64,000 nucleotides of DNA from Planctomycetota bacterium (lineage in GTDB: Bacteria > Planctomycetota > GCA-002687715 > CAIWVZ01), in contig JBGANV010000003.1 in the NCBI GenBank assembly GCA_044222185.1, positions 1 to 64,000 of the forward strand, read 5' to 3'. The notes below the pieces were generated by a model. That model worked only from the letters and a program-made list of their open reading frames with translations. It was not told where the DNA came from and ran no database searches. Positions 41,479 through 49,612 of the stretch are shown here, piece by piece. Each line of letters begins with the position of its first letter. Position 1 is the stretch's first letter. The position numbers and the translations under genes were made by a program.

Positions 41479-42405
41479 ATGACGGTCACCAGTACGTACC
41501 GAGACGGACTCACGCCCCCGGCCGCGCGCGCCCGACTCAGCGCGATGGAAGCGTCACGCGGCGACGTCCGCATGCTGAAATGCGTCCTGGGCGACGCCAG
41601 GATCTGGGAAGTGTTCTACTCGCTCCTATCCACCAGCGACCCCGAGATGCAGGCGTTGTTTCCCCCGATCCCGCCGGAGACGCTGCGGCGCATCGTTTCC
41701 GACTGGCAGACCGAGATGTTCCTGTGGACGGGTTTCGTCGACGTCGAAACGTTCATGGGCATCGCCGACGAGCATCTTCCGCGCATGACCGCGGACCATC
41801 GCCCGCGCATCCTCGACTTCGGAGGAGGCTGCGCGCGCCTCTCTCGGTTCCTCGACGTGGACGGAGCTCCATGGGACGCCGAGCTCTGCGACGTCAACGA
41901 CCGCATGGTGACGTGGTGCGACAGGCACCTGCATCACGTGAGGAGCTTCCGCAACGAAGCCCTGCCGCCGCTCGCCCGGGAGTCCGGCTCGTACGACCTC
42001 GTCCTGAGCCTCTCCGTCTTCACGCACCTCGACATGGACGGCATCACGGCATGGCTCGCCGAGCTCTGCCGCATCGTGAAGCCCGGTGGACTCGCCATCG
42101 TCACGACCCATGGCACGCGCGTCCTGGACACGCTGAAACACCACGCCGATCTCCGTGAATGGTTCCGCATGACGCCGACCGTCGTCGAGGCCGTCCGGGC
42201 CCGATTCGACGACGGCGGATTCGCGTTCGTCCCCTACGAACCCGACGTCCTGGAAACGGCTCGTGCCGGCGCGTCGTACGGGACGACCTTCTTGAGCCCG
42301 CAGCGGTTCGCCGCCCTGGTGGAGCCCAGCGGCTTCGAATGGGTCGAATTCCGCCCGGCGGGTCTGCGCGGCTGGCAGGACATCGTCGTGCTCCGCAGGC
42401 GATGA
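41479..42405 (+). CDS. Class I SAM-dependent methyltransferase
   Basis: ILDFGGGCAR, CDVN, YDLVLSLSVFTHL and WLAELCRIVKPGG. Confidence 0.88.
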   Translation: MTVTSTYRDGLTPPAARARLSAMEASRGDVRMLKCVLGDARIWEVFYSLLSTSDPEMQALFPPIPPETLRRIVSDWQTEMFLWTGFVDVETFMGIADEHLPRMTADHRPRILDFGGGCARLSRFLDVDGAPWDAELCDVNDRMVTWCDRHLHHVRSFRNEALPPLARESGSYDLVLSLSVFTHLDMDGITAWLAELCRIVKPGGLAIVTTHGTRVLDTLKHHADLREWFRMTPTVVEAVRARFDDGGFAFVPYEPDVLETARAGASYGTTFLSPQRFAALVEPSGFEWVEFRPAGLRGWQDIVVLRRR

Positions 42406-42540
42406 CGCCCAAGGGGACGAACGCCGCCCCGTGATCGTCGACGCTGGCGACGCGGCGGACGTTCGAAGCGGCGCCGCGCGGCCGAGTCACCGCCCAACCC
42501 GGCGTGCCGCGCGGAAGGCGAGGCTCCGTTAGCATGCGCC

Positions 42541-43611
42541 ATGCGCGAAACCGCCATCGTCCTCACCGACGGCCTCTATTCGACGTCATCCGCAAAGACC
42601 GCGCACGGCCTGATCCGCGGGCCAAGCCGCTTCGAGATCCTGGGGCTCGTGGACGAGCCGACCGCCGGGCGGGATGCGGGCGAGGCGTTGGACGGCATCC
42701 GACGTCAGATCCCCACCTTCGCGAGCGTTGATGCGGCGCGCGCCGCCGTCGGGCGTCCCGTGCAGTGGTGCATCGTCGGGGTCGCCACGTCCGGAGGCGT
42801 CCTGCCCGACGGCCTCCGCGCCACCTTGCTGCGTTCACTCGAACAGGGACTGGGCGTCGTGAACGGGCTTCACGAGATCCTCTCGGAGGATGGCCAGTTC
42901 CAGGAGGCCGCCAATCGGGGCGGCGCGCGCATCATCGACGTTCGTCGGCCCAAGCGCCGCGCGGAGCTCCACTTCTGGACCGGGGCGATCGCCGAGGTCC
43001 GCGCGCCGCGCATCGCCGTGCTCGGAACCGATTGCGCGCTCGGCAAGCGCACGACCTGCCAGGCGATCGCGACCGCACTTCGGTCGCGCGGCCTTCGGGC
43101 CGAGATGATCTACACCGGCCAGACCGGTTGGCTTCAAGGCTCCGCGTTCGGCTTCGTACTCGACGCCACACCCAACGACTTCGTCTCCGGTGAGCTGGAG
43201 CATGCGATCGTCTCCTGTGATCGCGAAGCGCGACCCGACGTGATCCTGCTCGAGGGGCAATCCGCGCTCCGCAACCCGTCGGGTCCGTGCGGCGCCGAGC
43301 TGATGCTGTCGGGCGGCGCTCGCGCCGTCATCCTGCAACACGCGCCGGCCCGGCGCTTCTTCGACGACCAGGAGCACCTGGGCAACGAGATCCCACCGGT
43401 CGCCTCCGAGGTCGCGCTCATCGCCATGTACGGACGTGAGGTGCTGGGAATCACGCTGAACCACGAGCACCTGCCGGAGGCCGAGCGCGCGGCGGCGCGT
43501 GCACGGATCGCGGACGAGACCAGGCTGCCGGTCGCCTACCCGCTTTCGGGTGGCGTCGACGCTCTGATCCCGACCATCGAGCGCTACATCGACCGCGAGA
43601 GAGCGCGGTGA
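42541..43611 (+). CDS. dgcN: DUF1611 family protein, D-glutamate N-acetyltransferase-like
   Basis: AKTAHGLIR, NGLH, GTDCALGKRTT, TGQTGWLQG, DFVSGELEHA and EGQSAL; adjacent to an enolase-family epimerase. Confidence 0.85.
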   Translation: MRETAIVLTDGLYSTSSAKTAHGLIRGPSRFEILGLVDEPTAGRDAGEALDGIRRQIPTFASVDAARAAVGRPVQWCIVGVATSGGVLPDGLRATLLRSLEQGLGVVNGLHEILSEDGQFQEAANRGGARIIDVRRPKRRAELHFWTGAIAEVRAPRIAVLGTDCALGKRTTCQAIATALRSRGLRAEMIYTGQTGWLQGSAFGFVLDATPNDFVSGELEHAIVSCDREARPDVILLEGQSALRNPSGPCGAELMLSGGARAVILQHAPARRFFDDQEHLGNEIPPVASEVALIAMYGREVLGITLNHEHLPEAERAAARARIADETRLPVAYPLSGGVDALIPTIERYIDRERAR

Positions 43612-44672
43612 GGATCGCCGGCATCCGTACACGCACGGTGCGCGTTCCGCTGACGCGGCCGTATTCGATCGCGGGTGGCAGCTGGGATCAGGCCGAATTC
43701 GTCGTCGTCGAGATCGAGGCGAGCAACGGCATGGTGGGTTTCGGCCACGCGTCCCCCGCGGTCGAGGTGACCGGCGAGGATCTCGCGGCTTGCGAACACG
43801 CCCTGGATCCACGGAAGCTGGCCTGGGTCACCGAGCTCGACGCTCGCGATCCGCGCGGCGCCGCCGCGATCATCGAACGCCGGATTCCCGGGCCCGCCGC
43901 ACGCGCCGCCATCGACGGCGCGCTCTTCGATCTCGACGGGCGGATCGCCGGCGTCCCCGTCGTCGCGCGGCTCGGCCGGGTCCACGACACCTTCCCGACG
44001 TCGATCACGATCGGTGTGAAGGACACGGCCGCCACGGTCGCCGAGGCGTCCGAGTACCTCACCCGGGGATTCCGCGCGCTGAAGGTGAAGACGGGCGTGG
44101 ACGTCGACGACGACATCCGACGATTGACGGAACTGCGACGGACGTTCGGGCCGCACTTCCTCCTGCGAGTCGACGCCAACCAGGGCTGGGGGCCGAGCGC
44201 CATGGAGACGTTCCTGCCCCACATGGACCCGTTGGCCGTGGAGATCCTCGAGCAACCGTGCGCGCCCGCTGACGACGATCGGCTGCGCGCGCTGCCAGCC
44301 TCGATCAGGAGGCGAATCATCGCGGACGAAAGCGTCCACGACATCCGAGACCTCGAACGCCTCGCGGGACCCCATTCCCCGTTCGGCGGCATCAACGTCA
44401 AGCTCATGAAATGCGGCGGGATCGCTCCAGCGCTCCGCCTCGCAAAGAAGGCCGGCGACTTGGGCCTGTCCGTCATGTGGGGCTGCATGGACGAGAGCGT
44501 CGCGGGCATCGCCGCCGCGCTTCACGCCGCCTTGGCATCACCCGCCACGCGATACCTGGACCTCGACGGCAGCCTCGATCTCGGCGAGGATCCGTTCATC
44601 GGGGGATTCGACCTCCGCGACGGATGCCTCCATCCGCTCGCAACACCCGGGTTGGGAATTCGACCGTCATGA
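43608..44672 (+). CDS. dgcA: Enolase-superfamily (MLE subgroup) dipeptide epimerase / N-acetyl-D-glutamate racemase
   Basis: LKVKTG (KxK), RVDANQGW, EQP, ADES, NVKLMKCGG, GCMDES and DLDG; GTGA overlap with the dgcN-like gene. Confidence 0.85.
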   Translation: MRIAGIRTRTVRVPLTRPYSIAGGSWDQAEFVVVEIEASNGMVGFGHASPAVEVTGEDLAACEHALDPRKLAWVTELDARDPRGAAAIIERRIPGPAARAAIDGALFDLDGRIAGVPVVARLGRVHDTFPTSITIGVKDTAATVAEASEYLTRGFRALKVKTGVDVDDDIRRLTELRRTFGPHFLLRVDANQGWGPSAMETFLPHMDPLAVEILEQPCAPADDDRLRALPASIRRRIIADESVHDIRDLERLAGPHSPFGGINVKLMKCGGIAPALRLAKKAGDLGLSVMWGCMDESVAGIAAALHAALASPATRYLDLDGSLDLGEDPFIGGFDLRDGCLHPLATPGLGIRPS

Positions 44673-46342
44673 CCAACGAGCCCATCGACCGCCGCCGGTT
44701 CCTCGCACACGGTGCCATCGCCACTGCCGCCCTGGCCGGACTGGGAATCTCCGCCTGTGCAGGCCGGAGCACGTCGGGCGACCTCGACGTGGTCGTTCGT
44801 GGCGGAACGGTTTTCGACGGCGGCGGCAAGCCGGGATTCGAAGCCGACGTCGGGATCCGCGACGGGCGCGTCACGGAACTGGGAGCGATCGATCGGTCCC
44901 GCGGTCGCCGCGTGATCGAGGCACGGGGCTCGTGCGTCGCCCCGGGATTCATCGACATCCACACGCACAGCGACAACTCGATCTTCGAGTGGCCGACTGC
45001 CGACAGCCGGATCCGCCAGGGGTGCACGACGGAGGTCACCGGCAACTGCGGAGGCTCGGCGGCGCCACGCGATCCGGCGCACGCGGACGACGACGACGAG
45101 GACTCGATCCACGTCCACTGGACGGACATGAAGTCCTACGTGGAGGCTTGGAAGGCCAACGCCCCCGCACTCAACCAGGCGATGCTGATCGGTCACGGAA
45201 CGCTGCGTCGCGCGGTGATCGGCGAGGTCGATCGCCGAGCAACCGCCGCCGAACTGGCGGAGATGACCCGCCGCCTCGAAGCCGCGCTCGAAGCGGGGGC
45301 GCTGGGCCTTTCCACGGGGCTGGAATACGTCCCCGGGATCTACGCGCCGCCCGAGGAAATCGAGACGCTGGCACGCGTGGTCGCGCGGCGGGGCGGTCTC
45401 TACGCCACCCACATGCGCAGCGAAGAGGAGAAGCTGATCGAGGCCATCGACGAAGCACTCGCCGTGTCTCGCAGCACCGGAGTACGCCTCCAGATCTCCC
45501 ACCTGAAGGCGTGCGGTCGCGGAAACTGGAAGCTGCAGGACGCGGCCATCCGCCGCATCGAGAAGGCGCGCAGCACGGGCCTGGACGTGATGGCAGATGC
45601 CTACCCCTACACGGCCTACTCGACCACGCTCACGATTCTCCTCGAGAACTGGTCCCGAGAAGGCGGCGGCGCGGCCGTCGTCCGCCGGCTCCAGGATCCG
45701 GCGACGCGCGCGCGCATGAAGAGCGAGCTGGCGCCGCACGTGGAGCGCGATCCCGGAGCGTTCGACCTCATCGTCATCAGCTCGGCCGACGGACCGGGCC
45801 TCGAGCCCTGCATCGGCAAGAGCCTCGTCCAGATCGCCGAGATGTGGAACGTGGATCCGGCCGAGGCGACACTCCGCCTTCTGGAGGCGGCCAAGGCCGA
45901 CGTGGGCTACGTCGGACACGGCATGAGCGAGGAAAACGTCGAACGGGTACTCGCGCTCCCGTGGGTGATGATCTCGTCGGACGGTCGGAGCATGGCGCCG
46001 ACGGGGAGTGCCATCGGCAAGCGACCCCACCCGCGGTCCTACGGGACGTTCCCGCGCGTGCTCGGGCACTATTGCCGCGACCGCAGGCTGTTCGACCTTC
46101 CGACCGCCGTCCGCAAGATGACGGGGATGCCCGCCGAACGCGCGCGGCTGAGCGGCCGCGGCTCCATCGCCGTTGGCGCCGCCGCCGACCTGGTGGTGTT
46201 CGATGGGTCCACCATCGCCGACGGAGCCACTTTCGAGGACCCGCAGTCCTACCCGATCGGGCTCACGCACGTGCTCGTGAACGGCCTCGTCGTGGTCGAC
46301 GGGGGACGGCCGACGGGGGCGCGGCCGGGGCAGTGGCTGTAG
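44669..46342 (+). CDS. N-acyl-D-amino-acid deacylase (D-aminoacylase) with Tat-lipoprotein signal
   Basis: DRRRFL Tat motif and ISAC lipobox; PGFIDIHTHSD, GNCG, GLSTGLEY, HMRSE, ISHLK, SSDG and HPRSYGTFPR; ATGA overlap with dgcA. Confidence 0.9.
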   Translation: MTNEPIDRRRFLAHGAIATAALAGLGISACAGRSTSGDLDVVVRGGTVFDGGGKPGFEADVGIRDGRVTELGAIDRSRGRRVIEARGSCVAPGFIDIHTHSDNSIFEWPTADSRIRQGCTTEVTGNCGGSAAPRDPAHADDDDEDSIHVHWTDMKSYVEAWKANAPALNQAMLIGHGTLRRAVIGEVDRRATAAELAEMTRRLEAALEAGALGLSTGLEYVPGIYAPPEEIETLARVVARRGGLYATHMRSEEEKLIEAIDEALAVSRSTGVRLQISHLKACGRGNWKLQDAAIRRIEKARSTGLDVMADAYPYTAYSTTLTILLENWSREGGGAAVVRRLQDPATRARMKSELAPHVERDPGAFDLIVISSADGPGLEPCIGKSLVQIAEMWNVDPAEATLRLLEAAKADVGYVGHGMSEENVERVLALPWVMISSDGRSMAPTGSAIGKRPHPRSYGTFPRVLGHYCRDRRLFDLPTAVRKMTGMPAERARLSGRGSIAVGAAADLVVFDGSTIADGATFEDPQSYPIGLTHVLVNGLVVVDGGRPTGARPGQWL

Positions 46343-46516
46343 GCACGCGAGGGGCGTTTCGCCCCCGTTCCGTCCGGCGCGGCACCAAACCCCCGCTGGG
46401 GTGGCCCGGAAGCCGCGTTTCCGTGTGGCCGCCCCGCGACAAAGGGCTTCTCGTACCGTAGGCTCTGTCCCGGCGCGGCCACTTCGGCCACGCCTTACCC
46501 AAGCAAGGAAGTGACC

Positions 46517-47659
46517 ATGCGAAAATCGCTGATCGCGGCCGCGCTGCTGGTGTTCGCGATCCCGATCCCCGCTCAAGAGCAGGGAGGGAAGGCAGCACCG
46601 CAGACGCCGGCGGCCTATCGAGAGCTGGTCGCCGAGTTCGCCGCATCCGATGCCAAAGCCAAGGCAGCGATGAAGGCCCTCACGGCGTCAGACGAGTACA
46701 AGAAGGCCGTGGCCGACAAGGACACGGACGGTCTGAAGAAGCTCCGTGCCACGGTGCCCACCGTCGATCGCGCCGGGCTCGCGCAACGCGCGTTGAAGCT
46801 CGCGGGCGAGTCGAAGGGCGATGACGCCGCGCGGTACTACGCGTGGGTGATCTCCATCTCGGCACCCAAGGACTCCCTCAACACGGCGTTGGATGCGCTC
46901 ATCAAGGACCACGTCAAGTCTCCCGTCATGCTCGAGGTGCTGGAGGCTCCGTCGTTCACGAGTGCCATGTTGACGTCGGACGCGTCGAAGGCCGGCGAAC
47001 GTCTCGCCGCCATCGAGGCCGGGTCTGAGCTGCCGCTCGCGAAGGCCTATGCGATCTACTACGACGCCATGCGGTTGACGCGCGGCAAGGACGTGAGCGA
47101 GGAGAACAAGAAGAAGTCCGCGGAACTGATGACGAAGGCCGAGAAGCTCGCCGCCGGTACGGCGCTGGCTGATCAGATCGCCGCTCCCCGCTTCGAGAAG
47201 GAGCATCTCCAGATCGGCATGGCCGCGCCTGACATCGAGGGCGAAGACCTGGAAGGCGTCAAGTTCAAGCTCTCCGACTACAAGGGCAAGGTCGTCGTCG
47301 TCGACTTCTGGGGGAACTGGTGACCGCCCTGCCGGGCCATGTACCCACACGAGCGGTCGCTCGTGGCAAGACTGAAAGACAAGCCGTTCGCTCTCATCGG
47401 CGTGAACAGTGATGCGGACAAGGTCGAGCTCAAACCTCACCTCGTCGAAGAGAAGATCACCTGGCGATCGTTCTGGAACGGACCCAAGGGGACCTCAGGA
47501 CCCATCTCCGGGAAATGGAACGTCCGTAGCTGGCCGACGATCTACGTCCTCGACCACAAGGGCGTGATCCGCTTCAAGAACGTCCGAGGCGAAGAAATGG
47601 ACAAGGCCGTCGACCAACTCCTCGAGGAGATGGCGAAGGACACGGGCGCGAAGAAGTAG
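46517..47659 (+). CDS. Exported TlpA/redoxin-family selenoprotein (UxxC motif, in-frame UGA at 47321-47323)
   Basis: Signal peptide MRKSLIAAALLVFAIPIPA. The frame reads APDIEGEDLEG..FKLSDYKGKVVVVDFWGNW-TGA-PPC-RAMYPHE and continues without a shift to WNVRSWPTIYVLDHKGVIR; SECIS-like hairpin downstream. Confidence 0.88.
47321..47367 (+). promoter_or_regulatory. Bacterial SECIS-like stem-loop
   Basis: CACGAGC (47348-54), loop GGTC, GCTCGTG (47359-65): a 7-bp perfect stem with a GGU-containing loop starting 31 nt after the UGA. Confidence 0.75.
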
Positions 47660-47839
47660 CGTCCCGAACCCGCGCGGCCCGTGCCTCCGGCCGTCGCCAG
47701 CATGGCGAGGCCTGCACGGCGCCGCGCGGTCTCGCGCGCACCGTCGCGCCGCCGCGTCGCACTCTCAGCGACGCCGAATCCGCCCTGTGGGGTGTTGAGA
47801 CCCGATGAGCACGGGGCCAGACTCGCCTGGAGGTGCCCC

Positions 47840-49489
47840 ATGCGCATCCCAAGCCTTCGCATCGCGCTCGCGTGCGCGTTCGTCGTCGGTCTCGCAGGCG
47901 GCCAGGCGCTCCCGCCGGTCCCCATCCCCGGGGAGAACCCCCTCACTCCACAGAAGGCGATCCTCGGGAAGATCCTGTTCTGGGACGAGCAGCTCTCCGC
48001 GGAGAACACCACGGCCTGCGGCACCTGCCACATGCCGGAGGTCGGAGGGGGCGACCCGCGCGCGTTCACTCCGCGCAACCTGCATCCCGGGCATGACGGA
48101 ATCCTCGGAACAGCCGATGACGTTCGCGGCTCACGCGGCATCACGCCATGCGATGCGGTGGGTGCGTTCACGAACGACGGCATGTTCTACCCCGAGCCGT
48201 TCGTCACGAATCGCAAGGCCCCCGGGGTCATCGGTGCCCAGTGGGAGATGGAGCTGTTCTGGGACGGGCGCGCGAAGACGACCTTCCGCGACCCGGTGAC
48301 GCAGCAGGTGCTGATCCTGATGGGGGGCGCCTTGGAGAACCAGGCGCTCCAGCCGCCCGTCACCCGTGAGATGGGGTGCGACGGCGCATCGATCGTCGCC
48401 GTGGCGGCGAGGCTGGCGCAAGTCAGGCCGCTTCGTCTCGCCGTGAATCTGACGCCGGACATCCAGTCGGCACTCACCCAGCACCCCACGTACACCGAGC
48501 TGTTCGCCGCCGCGTTCGGCGATCCCGCCGTGACGCCGGCGCACATTGCCATGGCGATCGCCAGCTACGAGCGCACGCTCGTTCCCGACCAGACGCCCTG
48601 GGACCTGTGGCACGCGGGGAACGCAGCCGCCCTAACGCCCCAGCAACTCCACGGGCTTCAGCTGTTCAACACGACCTCGAGCTGCGGCACGTGCCACCCC
48701 TCCCCCCGTTTCACGGATTCGTGGTTCCACAACACGGGCCTGCGTCCGCCGGCGGAGGACATGGGCCTCGCCGCCATCACGGGCACGTGGGCCGATCGCG
48801 GGAAGTTCCGCACGCCCACGCTCCGCAACGCCGGGCTTCGCGCACCGTTCTTCCACACGGGATCGCTCGCGACGCTTGCGGACGTCATCGAGTTCTACCG
48901 GCGCGGCGGCGACTTCTCCGAGAATCGGGACGCCCTCATGTTTGCGCTTCCCCTCACGCCGTCCGACGCGGCCGACCTTCTGGAGTTCGTGCAGGTCGGG
49001 CTCACGGATCCGCGCGTGGCGCAGCGACTGCCGCCGTTCGATCGCCCGACGCTTCGCTCCGAGCTCGGACAGAACCCGGAGTTCCTGGGAGCGGGTTCGA
49101 CCGGCAGCGGCGGGCTCACTCCGCGCATGCTCGCATCGATCCCCCCTGCGATCGGAAGTCCGCGCTTCGGCTTCGGACTCGCCCACGCCGTCGGCGGAAC
49201 GACGGCCCTGCTCGGCGTGTCGTCCCGCGCGGCGCCGCCCGGAACGACGATCCTCGGCGCGCCCGTCTACCTGGACCTCGACCCGCAGGCGTCGATCCTG
49301 ATCCCGTTGGCGACCGGCGGCCAACCCGGCGCCGCGGGAGCCGGCCGGGGCTCCGTGATGGTCACGATCGCCGAGACCCCCGCGCTCTCAGGGCTGTCGC
49401 TTTTCGCCCAATGGGCCGTCCTCGACCCGTGGGCAGGAGCCGGACTCGCCGTGTCGTCCGGGGTCCGATTCACGTTCTTCGCGCCCTGA
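47840..49489 (+). CDS. Di-heme cytochrome c peroxidase/MauG family protein with extra C-terminal domain
   Basis: Signal peptide; LGKILFWD.QLS; two CxxCH motifs (both CGTCH); FWDGRA; AIASYERTL; FRTPTLRN; GGAGG RBS. Confidence 0.9.
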   Translation: MRIPSLRIALACAFVVGLAGGQALPPVPIPGENPLTPQKAILGKILFWDEQLSAENTTACGTCHMPEVGGGDPRAFTPRNLHPGHDGILGTADDVRGSRGITPCDAVGAFTNDGMFYPEPFVTNRKAPGVIGAQWEMELFWDGRAKTTFRDPVTQQVLILMGGALENQALQPPVTREMGCDGASIVAVAARLAQVRPLRLAVNLTPDIQSALTQHPTYTELFAAAFGDPAVTPAHIAMAIASYERTLVPDQTPWDLWHAGNAAALTPQQLHGLQLFNTTSSCGTCHPSPRFTDSWFHNTGLRPPAEDMGLAAITGTWADRGKFRTPTLRNAGLRAPFFHTGSLATLADVIEFYRRGGDFSENRDALMFALPLTPSDAADLLEFVQVGLTDPRVAQRLPPFDRPTLRSELGQNPEFLGAGSTGSGGLTPRMLASIPPAIGSPRFGFGLAHAVGGTTALLGVSSRAAPPGTTILGAPVYLDLDPQASILIPLATGGQPGAAGAGRGSVMVTIAETPALSGLSLFAQWAVLDPWAGAGLAVSSGVRFTFFAP

Positions 49490-49612
49490 CGTGTTGGCGC
49501 GAGGTCGGCGCGAGGCCACGATCCTGACCTCGGGGTCCTCGCCCGCCGAGCACTGGTGACGCGTGCGGCGCGGCGGTGTCGGCGCTGCGCCGCCCGCCAT
49601 CGGTTCGTGCCG

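Noticed and set aside
46511-47659. Two separate genes or a nonsense pseudogene (ORFs 46511..47323 and 47339..47659)
   Set aside because: The stop falls exactly on the catalytic Cys position, the frame continues and a SECIS-like hairpin follows. Selenocysteine read-through explains this better.
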